From IMG/VR virus record IMGVR_UViG_3300045988_165032: DNA of 64,000 nucleotides; one strand, given 5' to 3'. A model generated the notes under the pieces. It ran no database searches. It worked only from the letters and a program-made list of their open reading frames with translations, and was not told the origin of the DNA. Position 1 is the stretch's first letter, and every line of letters starts with the position of its first letter. This document shows, one piece after another, positions 8,821 through 19,542 of this stretch. The stretch is from a virus. The position numbers and the translations under genes were made by a program.

Positions 8821-10005
8821 ATGATTTTAACAAAGAAACAAGAAGAAGGATTACATATTGCAATAGAAAGATATAAGAATAAGGAAAAGTACACTGTCAT
8901 TGGAGGTTACGCGGGAGTAGGCAAGAGTAGTTTAGTAAAATTTATAATTGAAGCTTTAGATATTGATATAAATAAAGTGTGTTATACTGCTTTTACTGGG
9001 AAAGCCGCAGAGGTTTTAAAGAAAAAAGGAAATCATAACGTTTGTACTTTACATAAACTTTTATATGACCATTTTCCAAAGCCAGAAGGCGGTTTCTTTA
9101 GAAAACCAAAAAAAGATATTCCATATTCAGTTGTAGTGGTTGATGAAATTTCCATGGCACCTAAGTCATTGATGGAATTACTAGCATCTCATAAATGTCA
9201 TATTATTTGCTTAGGAGATCCGTTTCAGCTCCCACCAATTAACAAAGATGAAGATAATCATTTATTAGACCATCCGCATATATTCTTAGATGAAATTATG
9301 CGGCAGGCGGAAGATTCTGAAATTATTCAACTGTCTATGAAAATTAGAAAAAGAGAACCAATTTCTTTATTTAATGGAAATAATGTTAAGGTCTTATCAA
9401 AAGAAACTTTAAATACAGGGATGCTTACTTGGGCGGATCAAATTTTGGTAGGAACAAATGCGACTCGTCAAAATATCAATAACCAGATGAGAGCTTTATT
9501 GGGGCGGGGATCACTCCCAGAAGATGGAGATAAAGTTATCTGTTTAAGAAATTATTGGGATGATATTAATGAAAATGGAGATTCATTAGTAAATGGAACT
9601 ATTGGCTACTTAAAGAATCCTTTTGAAACTTTTTATACAGTTCCGCGATTTATAAAAACAGATAAACGTAAATTAGAGATGATTAGCTCAGATTTTATTA
9701 TTGATAAAAATACTTCATTTAATTATGTTCTTGTAGATAAACAACTAATTTTAAATGGAGAAAGATGCTGTGATTGGAAAGTAGCTTATCAATTAGGGAA
9801 ATTAAAAGATAAAATCGGAGATGTAGTTCCTAAAGAATTCGCATACGCGTACGCTATTACGGGACATAAGTCACAAGGAAGTGAATGGGATAAAGTCTTA
9901 GTTATTGAGGAAGCTTTTCCTTTTGACAAGACAGAACATGCACGTTGGCTATATACTACAGTTACACGGGCAAGTGAAAAATTAGTTTTAATAAGGAATG
10001 AGTAA
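8821..10005 (+). CDS. RecD/Dda/Pif1-like superfamily 1 DNA helicase
   Basis: Walker A GGYAGVGKSS. Walker B VVVDEISM. C-terminal ITGHKSQGSEWDKVLVI (UvrD_C_2-like). Confidence 0.7.
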   Translation: MILTKKQEEGLHIAIERYKNKEKYTVIGGYAGVGKSSLVKFIIEALDIDINKVCYTAFTGKAAEVLKKKGNHNVCTLHKLLYDHFPKPEGGFFRKPKKDIPYSVVVVDEISMAPKSLMELLASHKCHIICLGDPFQLPPINKDEDNHLLDHPHIFLDEIMRQAEDSEIIQLSMKIRKREPISLFNGNNVKVLSKETLNTGMLTWADQILVGTNATRQNINNQMRALLGRGSLPEDGDKVICLRNYWDDINENGDSLVNGTIGYLKNPFETFYTVPRFIKTDKRKLEMISSDFIIDKNTSFNYVLVDKQLILNGERCCDWKVAYQLGKLKDKIGDVVPKEFAYAYAITGHKSQGSEWDKVLVIEEAFPFDKTEHARWLYTTVTRASEKLVLIRNE

Positions 10006-10008
10006 AAT

Positions 10009-10176
10009 ATGACAATAACTTATTATGATAGATATGCAGTTACTCCAAAAAGATGTAATAAATGTAATAGGCTTTTTCTTTTTGAAGGATATAATCTTTT
10101 CTATAGAGAGCTTGGTAGGGACTCTATAGAAATAATTAAATGTAAAAAATGCATTGACAACAATAAAAAAATATAA
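10009..10176 (+). CDS. Small zinc-ribbon protein, not in the ORF track
   Basis: 55-aa ORF MTITYYDRYAVTPKRCNKCNRLFLFEGY...KCKKCIDNNKKI with two CxxC pairs, in the gap between the helicase and dnaE. Confidence 0.3.
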   Translation: MTITYYDRYAVTPKRCNKCNRLFLFEGYNLFYRELGRDSIEIIKCKKCIDNNKKI

Positions 10177-10237
10177 TATAATAATTTTATAAATATTATA
10201 AAGAGCAAGTAGAATAAGTAAATGAAAGGAAAATAAA

Positions 10238-12759
10238 ATGAGTAATCGTTTTGAAACTCATTCTCATACTGAGTATAGTAATCTTCGTTTATTAGATTGT
10301 ATTAATAGACCAAAAGATTTAATTCAAAGAGCGATTGATTTAGGCTTATCTGGAATTGCTATTACAGACCATGATTGTCTATCTTCTCATATGGAAATAA
10401 ATATATATGCTCAGGAATTAAAAGAGAAAAATCCTAACTTTAAAATTGCATTAGGGAATGAAATTTATTTATGTCCATCAAGAGATAAAGGACAAAAATA
10501 TTTTCATTTTATTTTAATTGCTAAAAATAAAATTGGATATAGAGCATTAAAAGAATTATCTTCAAGAGCTTGGATGAATTCTTTTTTTGATAGAGGCATG
10601 GAAAGAGTAGTTACTTTATATGACGACTTAGCGGAAATTGTAAAAAAATATCCAAATAGTTTAATTGCAACAACAGCATGCTTGGGTGGAGAATTGAGCA
10701 CTCTAACTAAACAATTAATTTTAGCAGAACAAACAAAAGATGCTGAATCCGTGGAAGATGCTCATAACAGAATAGTTAATTTTATTTTATGGAATAAGTC
10801 TTTATTTGGACAAGATTTCTATATTGAGTGTGCTCCAGGACAAAGTAAAGATCAAGTAATGGTAAATAAGAGACTTTTATCTATTGCTAGATGTTTTAAT
10901 ATAAAAATGGTACTTGGCACAGATGCTCATTATTTAAAAAAAGAAGATAGATTTGTTCATAAATCTTACTTAAATTCTAAGGGTGGAGAACGAGAAGTTG
11001 ATGAGTTTTATGAATATAGTTACTTGCAATCAGAAGAAGAAATAATTGAAAATTTAAAGCCTTCTGAGTTAAATTATGAAGAATTATGTAATAATTCTTT
11101 AGAAATTTATTCTAAAATTGAAAATTATAATTTAAAACATAAACAAACAATTCCAAAAGTTAAAGTTAGAGATTACCCTAAAGATAACTCTTTAAAGGAA
11201 TATCCTACTTTACATAAATTATTATTAAGTGATGATATTCAAGACAGATATTGGGTTAATACTTGTTTGCAAAAACTCCAAGAAATAAATAAATATAACA
11301 ATACTTATTTATCTCGATTAGAAGAAGAAGCTGATATTAAAGATACTATTAGTAAAAAACTTGAAACTAATATGTTTAGTTATCCTAATACTTTACAACA
11401 TTATGTTGATTTATTTTGGGATTGCGGAAGTATGGTAGGTGCAGGAAGAGGAAGTTCTTGCTCTGGATTAAATCATTACTTAATGGGAATTACTCAACTA
11501 GATCCGATTGAATGGGAGCTTCCTTTCTGGAGATATTTAAATAAAGAGCGTATAGAGCTTGGAGATATAGATTTAGATTTAAGTCCAAGTAAAAGACCTT
11601 TAATTTTAAAGAAAATAAAGGAAGAACGCGGAAAAAATTTTAAAAAAGATATTGATGTTTTATCTCGAAAAAATTTAGGATGTACGTTGATAGCCACTTT
11701 TGGAACTGAAGGTACTCGATCAACTATTTTAACCGCTTGTCGCGGATATAGAAGTGAAGAGTATCCAGACGGAATTGATGTTGACACTGCTCAATTTTTA
11801 TCTTCTTTAATTCCAAGTGAAAGAGGTTTTTTATGGTCTTTATCAGATGCCATTAATGGTAACCCAGATAAAGATAGAAAGCCTATTAAGATGTTTACTA
11901 ATGAGGTAGAAAAATATCCTGGCTTATTAGATATTATGATTGCTATTGAAGGGTTAGTAAACAAAAGGAGTTCTCATGCTTCTGGAGTAATTCTTTTTGA
12001 TGAAGACCCATATGAATTTGGATGTTTTATGCGGACTCCTAAAGGAGAAATTATTACGCAATGGGATCTTCATATGTGCGAAGCAGCAGGTATGACAAAA
12101 TATGACTTCTTAGTAACTGAAGTCCAGGATAAATTAGCAGAAACAATTAAATTACTACAGGCTAATAATGAAATTGAATCAGATTTATCTTTAAAAGAAG
12201 TGTATGAAAAATATTTTCATCCAAGTGTTTTACCTATCGAAGATAAAAAATGTTGGAAAGCACTGCAAAACAACTCAGTTTTAAATATTTTTCAATTTGA
12301 TAGCGATGTAGGCAGTCAGGCTGCAAAAAAAATTAAGCCAGCCTCAATAATTGAAATGTCAGATGCTAATGGATTAATGAGACTTATGACTAGTGAAAAA
12401 GGTCAAGAAACGCCAATGGAAAAATATGTAAGATATAAAAAAAATATTGATCTTTGGTATCAAGAAATGAGAAGAGAGGGGTTATCTCCTCAAGAGATGA
12501 AAACATTAGAACCTTATTTCTTAAAGTCTTATGGTGTTCCGCCAAGTCAAGAACAATTAATGAGTATGTTAATGGATAAGGATATTTGCGGTTTTAAGTT
12601 ATCTGAAGCCAACACCGCGAGAAAAATTGTTGGTAAAAAACAAATGAGTAAAATTCCAGAATTGAAAAAGAAGGTTATTGAACAAGCTAAAAGAAAAGAA
12701 CTCGGAGACTATGTATGGAAATATGGCATAGGTCCGCAGATGGGATATAGCTTTAGCAT
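10238..12759 (+). CDS. dnaE: DNA polymerase III alpha (DnaE-type), 5' exon
   Basis: N-terminal PHP domain HSHTEYSNLRLLDCI...IAITDHDCL. Polymerase core. Exon ends ...GYSFSI. Last exon nucleotide is U12759. Confidence 0.7.
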
Positions 12760-13985
12760 TGTGTGAATGGTGCTTACACACTTAACCACTTATCAGTGGG
12801 GTAATTAAAACATTTACATATTTGGCAAATATGGTTTTAATTGCTAACGAGGGTTAAATCTCGTGACAAATTTCTTTAATAGAGGTATAGTATTTTTCAG
12901 TTATACATGAGAATAGTAAAACAATGTATAAGGAGAATATTATGTACTATATTTATAAATTTACAAATAAAACAAATGGTAAAATTTATATCGGACAAAC
13001 TAATAATGTTCAAAAAAGAAAAAATGGACATAAAAGTGAGTCTTTTAATGAAAAAGCTTCTGGCTATAATTTGCCATTTCACGCAGCCATAAGAAAATAT
13101 GGTTGGGATAATTTTAATTTTGATATTCTTGAAGAGATTGCTGATGGAGAATCTCAAGAATATATTGACGAAAGAGAAATTTATTTTATTCAATATTATC
13201 ATTCTTTAAAAGATGAAAATGGATATAATATTACTTTAGGCGGACAAGGATATAAAAGAAAACCTTTAACGTATGAAGAAAAATTAAACCGATCTAAACT
13301 CTTTAAAAAAGAAGAAATTATTGATATTCAAAATCGTCTAATGAATGATGAAGAATATGATGATATTGAAAAAATTTATTTTCCTAAGTTAAAAAGAACG
13401 TTTTTAGTTAATATAAATACTGGAACAAATTATTTTAATGAAGAGTTTGATTATCCTTTAAAGAAAAATTCTAAAAGCCGCTTTTCTCAAAAAGAAATTA
13501 GAGAAATAAAAGATAGAATTAAAAGCGGAGAAAAATATAAAACAATTCAAGAAGATTTTGGAATTAAATCAGCTGGATTTTTATCTATGATAAATACAGG
13601 AAAATATTTTTATAGTGATAAGGATAACTACCCTCTTTGTGATAAAGGTGGTAATAAAGCTAAAAATGAAATCTGGATTCAAGGTATTATAAAAGATATT
13701 TTAGAAACAGATTTATCTTTAAAAGATATCGCAAAAAAATGGAATAAAAGCTATGCAACAATTAAAAATATTAACGCAGGACGTTCTCATAAAAAAGAAA
13801 AATATAAATACCCTCTTAGAGATAATAAATAAATCTATTAAAAGAAAAATGTTGTATCGACTATCCCTGGTTAGACGGGGAGTACTGAAACTATTGATAC
13901 GTTTTGGGAAATAGTGTGCAGACAAGAGAAAAGCCAAAATCTCACTACAACGTCTGTAAAAAATAGTCAGTAATTTTAAATTATG
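12760..13985 (+). mobile_element. Group I intron (paralogous to the dnaB intron) carrying a GIY-YIG homing endonuclease
   Basis: P1: exon AGCAU (12755-12759) pairs with GUGCU (12770-12774), with a U.G pair at the splice site. 3' core TGTATCGACTATCCCTGG matches the dnaB intron. Terminal G at 13985. Excision joins GYSFSI to IHALAYSFIGFQT, restoring the DnaE F-N-K-S-H-A-x-A-Y block length. Confidence 0.65.
12942..13832 (+). CDS. GIY-YIG homing endonuclease (I-TevI-like) with NUMOD/IENR1 repeats
   Basis: YYIYKFTNKTNGKIYIGQT...R...E...N. AGGAG RBS. Related to the dnaB-intron endonuclease. Confidence 0.8.
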   Translation: MYYIYKFTNKTNGKIYIGQTNNVQKRKNGHKSESFNEKASGYNLPFHAAIRKYGWDNFNFDILEEIADGESQEYIDEREIYFIQYYHSLKDENGYNITLGGQGYKRKPLTYEEKLNRSKLFKKEEIIDIQNRLMNDEEYDDIEKIYFPKLKRTFLVNINTGTNYFNEEFDYPLKKNSKSRFSQKEIREIKDRIKSGEKYKTIQEDFGIKSAGFLSMINTGKYFYSDKDNYPLCDKGGNKAKNEIWIQGIIKDILETDLSLKDIAKKWNKSYATIKNINAGRSHKKEKYKYPLRDNK

Positions 13986-15387
13986 CATACATGCCCTGGC
14001 TTACTCTTTCATAGGATTTCAAACTATATACATAGCCACAAGATGGAATCCTATCTATTGGAATACCGCGTGTTTAATTGTAAATAGTGGAGCCTTAGAA
14101 GAAGATAATATTGAAAATGAAGAAGAAACAGAAGAAAGTAAAAAGAAAGAAAAATCTACGGATTATAGTAAAATAGCTAAGGCTATTGGAGATATTTTAT
14201 CAAGAGGAATAAAAATTTCTTTAGTTGATATAAATAAATCTGACTATAGCTTTAAGCCAGATGCTGAAAACAACGAAATTCTTTTTGGAATGAAAGCATT
14301 GAGTAATGTAGGTGCACCAATTATTGAGCAGATTTTTTCTGGTAGACCATATAAAAGCATTAAAGACTTTATGATAAGATGTCCTTTAAATAAATCTGCA
14401 ATGATTTCCTTAATAAAGAGCGGAGCTTTTGATAAACTGGAATTAGAATGGGCAAAAGAATTAAATGTTGAACCAAGAGTGCTTGTAATGATATATTATC
14501 TGTCTGTTGTTAGTGAACCAAAAAAGAAATTAACGCTACAAAACTTTAATGGTTTAATTCAAAAAGACTTAATTCCACCTTCTTTAGATAGTATGAAAAG
14601 ATTATTTTTCTTTAATAAGTATCTAAAAACTGAGAAAAAAGTTGGAAAATATTATGTCTTTGATGATGCTTGTGAAAAATTCTACAATCAAAGATACGAT
14701 ATGGAAGACCTTGAAGTGATAAACGGATGCGTTTGTATTTTACAAAACAAATGGGATAAAAAGTATCAAAAAGGCATGGATAGAGCTAGAGATTGGCTTA
14801 AAGAGAATCAACAGACAGTATTAAAAGAATTTAATGAGGCTTTATTTCTTGACTCTTGGAATAAATATGCTAAAGGAAATATTTCCGCGTGGGAAATGGA
14901 AAGCTTATGTTTTTATTATCATCCACATGAATTAATAAATATTGATACTTTAAAGTATGGAATTTCAGATTTTTCTAAATTACCCGAAGAGCCTGTTGTA
15001 GATTATTTTTTCAAAAGAAATGGAAAAGAAATCCCTATTTATAAGACTTATAAAATCATTGGCACTGTAATCAGTAAAAATGATGCTCGTTCTTCAATAT
15101 CATTATTAACAACTTCTGGAGTTGTTAATGTAAAATTTACAAAAGATTACTTTGCTATGTTTGGGAGACAAATTTCTGAAAAGCAAGAAGATGGAACTAA
15201 AAAAGTTATGGAAAAAGGCTGGTTTCAAAGAGGAACAAAAGTAATGTGTACTGGGTTTAGGCGTGGAGATACATTTCAGACTAAATCGTATAAACATACC
15301 CCTACCCATCAGCTCTACAAGATTATTGACGTCAATGGTTCAGATATGAAACTAGAGCATGTTAGATATGGTATGGAAGGAGAATAA
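13986..15387 (+). CDS. dnaE: DNA polymerase III alpha (DnaE-type), 3' exon
   Basis: Upstream in-frame extension HALAYSFIGFQTIYIATRWNPIYW matches the DnaE HAxAYxLxxYQTAYLKAHYP block. HhH region ALSNVGAPIIEQIF. C-terminal OB-like region. Confidence 0.7.
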
Positions 15388-15388
15388 A

Positions 15389-15949
15389 ATGTCAAAATAT
15401 AAAGTTCTTGCACTGTTCGGAAAGAGCGGTGCAGGAAAAGATACTATAAAAAAACGAATGTGTTACAATCATTCAGAAATAAAAGAAATTATTAGTTGTA
15501 CTACTAGATCACCAAGAGCATACGAAAGAGATGGCATAGATTATTATTTTCTATATCGTGATGATTTTGAAAGACGAGTTCGCAGTAAAGATATAATAGA
15601 TGCGGTTTACTTTAAAAAATGGCTATATGGCACTTCTATTCAAGAGTTAGATAAAGATAAAATAAATATTGGTGTTTTTAGTATCTCAGGGATTAGGCAA
15701 TTATTGAAAGATGAAAGAATAGAGGTACTACCAGTTTTAATAGAAGCACCAGGAAAAGAAAGATTAAAAAGAGCTTTAAGAAGAGAACATAACCCAGATT
15801 GCAGAGAAATTTGTCGAAGATTTCTTGCTGACGAAAGAGATTTTTCAGACATTAATTTTGAATATGTAACTTTTTATAATGAATCTGATTATGCCCCTAG
15901 TACGTTTGACTCTTTTGAGCCTATTGCAGATTTTATGCATGGACAATAA
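15389..15949 (+). CDS. Guanylate-kinase-like nucleoside monophosphate kinase
   Basis: P-loop LFGKSGAGKDT. CTTRSPRAYERDGIDYYF matches guanylate kinase S-TTR-PR-GE-dG-dY-F. RBS GGAAGGAG. Confidence 0.6.
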   Translation: MSKYKVLALFGKSGAGKDTIKKRMCYNHSEIKEIISCTTRSPRAYERDGIDYYFLYRDDFERRVRSKDIIDAVYFKKWLYGTSIQELDKDKINIGVFSISGIRQLLKDERIEVLPVLIEAPGKERLKRALRREHNPDCREICRRFLADERDFSDINFEYVTFYNESDYAPSTFDSFEPIADFMHGQ

Positions 15950-16029
15950 CTAATAATAATCAATAAGTAAAATTTAATATATATTATAAGCCTTAAAATA
16001 ATAATATAATTAGGAGGATAATATTAATT

Positions 16030-18153
16030 ATGGTAATTAAAAGAGATAATAGAACAGTAAAATTTGATAAGATGAAAATTGTAGACGCGGTTCTTGCTGC
16101 TTTTAAGCAAATTGATAATGATATATCTGATTATGCTTTAATTAAAGCTGGTAATATTGCAGATTATATTTCAGATATAGCAAAAACAAAAGACTTAACA
16201 GTAGAAGAAATTCAAGATTTAGTTGAAAAAGGACTAATGTCTACTAAGAGAAAAGATGTTGCAAAAGCTTTTATTGTGTATAGAGATGAAAGAACTCATC
16301 TTAGAGAAATGAAAGGAACATTAAAATTTAAGAATGAAAAAATTCTTAATCTAATTGATGGGACAGATAAAGAATCTAAAACCGAAAACTCTAATAAAGA
16401 TACTAGAATTATTCCAACTATGAGAGATTATATTGCTGGATTTACCTGCAAAGAATTAGCGGAATTTCATATTGATAGAGACATTTTAGATGCTCACAAT
16501 AAAGGATGGATTCATTTTCACGATATGGACTATAGTCCTGCTATGCCAATGACTAACTGTTGTTTAGTTAATCTTGAAGATATGTTACAAAATGGTACTG
16601 TTATAAGCGGTTCTAAAATAGATCCTCCAAATAGCTTTAGAACAGGTTGTACTGTTGCAACTCAAATTGCTGCTCAAGTTGCAAGCTCTCAGTATGGAGG
16701 ACAAACTATCAATATAGCTCACTTAGCCCCTCTTGTTCAAAAATCAAGAGAAAGGTATTTAAGAAAATTTCCTTTTTTGAGTGATCCTGAAATTGAAAGG
16801 TTAATAAGAGATGAAATCTCAGATGGCGTTCAGACAATTCAGTATCAATTAATTACAATGTCTAGTACGAATGGTCAGTCTCCATTTGCAAGTTTATTTC
16901 TTTATTTAAAAGATGCTAAAAATAAACAAGAGGAAAAAGACTTAGCTCTAATAATAGAAGAAATTTTAAAACAAAGAATTAAAGGAATTAAGAATGAACA
17001 GGGTGTTTACGTAACTGTAGCTTTTCCAAAGTTACTTTATGTTTTAGATAAAAATAACATTACAGAAGATAGCGAATATTGGTATTTAACAGAATTAGCC
17101 GCGGAGTGTAGTGCAAAAAGATTAGTTCCAGATTATATCTCTGCAAAGAAGATGAAAGAGTTAAAAGGCGACGTCTACGGATGTATGGGATGTAGATCTT
17201 TTCTCGCAGGAGATCCAATCGAACATAGATATTGGGGGAAATTTAATCAGGGCGTAGTCACTATAAATCTGGCGGCAGCCGCATTAGAAGCTATCAATAG
17301 TAAGGAAGATTTCTGGAGTGTGCTAGACGAAAGACTAGAATTATGCTATAGAGCATTAATGATTAGGCATAATAGATTGCTAGGAACAAAGTCTGATGTA
17401 GCCCCGATATTATGGCAACATGGTGCTTGTGCAAGATTAAAACCTGGAGAAGTAATTGATCCTTTATTATACGGATTAAATTCATCTATCTCTCTTGGCT
17501 ATGCAGGACTGTGGGAAACAGTATTAGCTTTAACAAATAAAAGCTTAACTACTTCAGAAGGAAAAGAAATGGCTCTGTCTATTATGAAGCACCTTAATGA
17601 AAAATGTAAAGAATGGAAAAATAAAACAAATATAGGTTTTTCTTTATATGGGACTCCTATTGAAAATACTACAACTAAATTTGCAAAAGCGTTGAAAGAA
17701 TATCCTATCATAAAAGGTGTTAATGATAAATTATATATTACTAATTCTTATCATATAAATCCTGCATTTTCAATAGATGCTTTTGAGAAATTAACTATTG
17801 AAAGTGATTTCGCTAAATATAGCGAAGGAGGTCAAATTACATATTGTGAAACACCAAATATGGAAAATAATATTCCTGCACTATTGGAAATTATTAAACA
17901 TATTTATGAAACTAATATGTATGCAGAAATTAATACTACTACATCTTACTGTCAAGTTTGCGGAAGTACAGATATTAAAATGGATAAAAATAAATTAAAA
18001 TTCGTTTGTCCTTGTTGCGGAAATGATGACTTTGATAAAATGAATGTTGCAGTTCGTATATGTGGGTATATAAGTACTAATCCTTTTAGCGAAGGTAGAG
18101 CAGCAGATATAGCCGCAAGAGTTTATCACATTGATCCAGAAGAGGAAGAATAA
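16030..18153 (+). CDS. nrdD: Anaerobic ribonucleoside-triphosphate reductase NrdD (class III) with N-terminal ATP-cone
   Basis: Glycyl-radical motif VRICGYIS near the C-terminus. Zn-ribbon CQVCG...CPCCG. ATP-cone N-terminus. Confidence 0.85.
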   Translation: MVIKRDNRTVKFDKMKIVDAVLAAFKQIDNDISDYALIKAGNIADYISDIAKTKDLTVEEIQDLVEKGLMSTKRKDVAKAFIVYRDERTHLREMKGTLKFKNEKILNLIDGTDKESKTENSNKDTRIIPTMRDYIAGFTCKELAEFHIDRDILDAHNKGWIHFHDMDYSPAMPMTNCCLVNLEDMLQNGTVISGSKIDPPNSFRTGCTVATQIAAQVASSQYGGQTINIAHLAPLVQKSRERYLRKFPFLSDPEIERLIRDEISDGVQTIQYQLITMSSTNGQSPFASLFLYLKDAKNKQEEKDLALIIEEILKQRIKGIKNEQGVYVTVAFPKLLYVLDKNNITEDSEYWYLTELAAECSAKRLVPDYISAKKMKELKGDVYGCMGCRSFLAGDPIEHRYWGKFNQGVVTINLAAAALEAINSKEDFWSVLDERLELCYRALMIRHNRLLGTKSDVAPILWQHGACARLKPGEVIDPLLYGLNSSISLGYAGLWETVLALTNKSLTTSEGKEMALSIMKHLNEKCKEWKNKTNIGFSLYGTPIENTTTKFAKALKEYPIIKGVNDKLYITNSYHINPAFSIDAFEKLTIESDFAKYSEGGQITYCETPNMENNIPALLEIIKHIYETNMYAEINTTTSYCQVCGSTDIKMDKNKLKFVCPCCGNDDFDKMNVAVRICGYISTNPFSEGRAADIAARVYHIDPEEEE

Positions 18154-18154
18154 T

Positions 18155-18616
18155 ATGGCTAATATAGCAAAGATTAAAAAATATTGCATATCAAATGGAG
18201 AAGGGTTAAGAACCGCTATCTTTTTTTCTGGATGTGATTTCCATTGTAAAGGATGTTTTAATTATAAATTACAGAATCCTAATTATGGAGAAGAGTATAC
18301 TGAAACAAAAGAACAAGAAATTTTTAATTCTATTAACGAACATATCAGTGGAATATCAATTTTGGGCGGGGAACCTTTAAGTCAATATAATCTAAATACT
18401 GTTACTAAATTATGTGTTAATTTTAAAGAAAATTTTCCAAATAAAACAATATGGCTTTGGACTGGTTATACTTTGGAAGATATAAAAGAATTGTCAATAC
18501 TAAAATATATAGATGTTTTAATAGATGGACAATTTAAGCAAGATGAATACGAATATGGGCTGCCTTGGAGGGGCAGCCGCAATCAACGAATATTAAAAAA
18601 AGGAATTGACTTTTAA
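18155..18616 (+). CDS. nrdG: NrdG anaerobic RNR activating protein (radical SAM)
   Basis: CDFHCKGCFN (CxxxCxxC). RBS GAGGAAG. Adjacent to nrdD. Confidence 0.8.
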   Translation: MANIAKIKKYCISNGEGLRTAIFFSGCDFHCKGCFNYKLQNPNYGEEYTETKEQEIFNSINEHISGISILGGEPLSQYNLNTVTKLCVNFKENFPNKTIWLWTGYTLEDIKELSILKYIDVLIDGQFKQDEYEYGLPWRGSRNQRILKKGIDF

Positions 18617-18634
18617 ATAAAAATATATTATAAT
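18606..18634 (+). promoter_or_regulatory. Candidate promoter: TTGACT, 17-nt spacer, TATAAT
   Basis: Overlaps the end of nrdG, upstream of a cluster of small ORFs. Confidence 0.3.
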
Positions 18635-18651
18635 AAATAAGGAGTAAAAAA

Positions 18652-19020
18652 ATGGGAGAAGTTAGTTTAGGAACTTTATACGATATTAACAAAAACCTTA
18701 TGAAAAAAGAAAAAAAACTTTCTTATCCTGCTTTAACTAATAAATTAAAACAGGTAACTAAATTTTTTAAAAATAATAAAATGTATTTTATGCTACTTTG
18801 CAATGAAGCAAAGGATTACACTATTTTTAAAATAAACAATCATGCTTCCGCGGAAAAGGCAACAGAAGAATTAAAAGAGTGTTTACTCAATAGAGGGGAA
18901 GTTTTAGACATTAGTAAAGTAGACGAAATACAAGAAGCTTTTGAAATTTGGATTAAAACGAATAATGATGCATACTGCTATTATTTATTTCCATATGATG
19001 AAGCTATTATAGAGGTGTAA
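18652..19020 (+). CDS. Hypothetical protein (122 aa)
   Basis: ORF with AAGGAG RBS. No recognisable motif. Confidence 0.4.
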   Translation: MGEVSLGTLYDINKNLMKKEKKLSYPALTNKLKQVTKFFKNNKMYFMLLCNEAKDYTIFKINNHASAEKATEELKECLLNRGEVLDISKVDEIQEAFEIWIKTNNDAYCYYLFPYDEAIIEV

Positions 19021-19021
19021 T

Positions 19022-19279
19022 ATGAAAATAGTTGGAATATTAAGACCTTTTGATTTGGAACAAAGCTTTTACGTTTATGAAAATGGTAATAAAATTGATA
19101 TGGCTTATCCTACAATAGATGAAGTAAACGATACCATCTTTACTTTTGTAGAAAAGTATAATATTACTCAGGTAGACTTGACTGGACCTAAGCAATATAC
19201 AAAAGGCATTAGTAAAAAAATTAAAGAAGCAGAATTTTCTAAATATAATAAAAACTCAATTCAAATTAATTTAATTTAG
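19022..19279 (+). CDS. Hypothetical protein (85 aa)
   Basis: Tightly packed ORF (start overlaps previous stop). Confidence 0.4.
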   Translation: MKIVGILRPFDLEQSFYVYENGNKIDMAYPTIDEVNDTIFTFVEKYNITQVDLTGPKQYTKGISKKIKEAEFSKYNKNSIQINLI

Positions 19280-19290
19280 GGAGAATTATA

Positions 19291-19542
19291 ATGAGATATT
19301 TAACAAAAGTAGTAGAAACATATAGATTAAGTAATGAAAGAGAAGTAGAAGATTTTCTTAAAGAATTAAAAGCTGATCCGCATTTTACGGTAGCTAAATA
19401 TAGTAGTACCAAAAAAGAAAAAAAATCAAAAGGCGAAATCATTGATGAATGGATTCGTTTTGAAGTTGTAAAACTTTTTAATAATGAACAAGAGCCAGAT
19501 AGTGAGATTGACATTGAATATACTAAAAAAGGAGCTTTTTAA
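19291..19542 (+). CDS. Hypothetical protein (83 aa)
   Basis: ORF with GGAGAA RBS. Coupled to dut (ATGG overlap). Confidence 0.4.
   Translation: MRYLTKVVETYRLSNEREVEDFLKELKADPHFTVAKYSSTKKEKKSKGEIIDEWIRFEVVKLFNNEQEPDSEIDIEYTKKGAF

Noticed and set aside
12764-12766. Stop codon ending dnaE at SIV*
   Set aside because: It lies inside the intron, and splicing at U12759 bypasses it.
10504-12781. Minus-strand ORFs inside dnaE (10504..10701, 11494..11787, 12599..12781)
   Set aside because: They are antisense to a well-supported dnaE reading frame.
12897-13202. ORFs 12897..13202(-) and 12907..13092(+)
   Set aside because: Both are antisense or out of frame to the GIY-YIG endonuclease gene inside the dnaE intron. 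AT-rich spurious frames.
15106-17711. Minus-strand ORFs 15106..15309, 15640..15852, 17499..17711, plus-strand 17798..17998 and minus-strand 17995..18189
   Set aside because: They lie inside or antisense to dnaE, the kinase and nrdD. Compositionally spurious.
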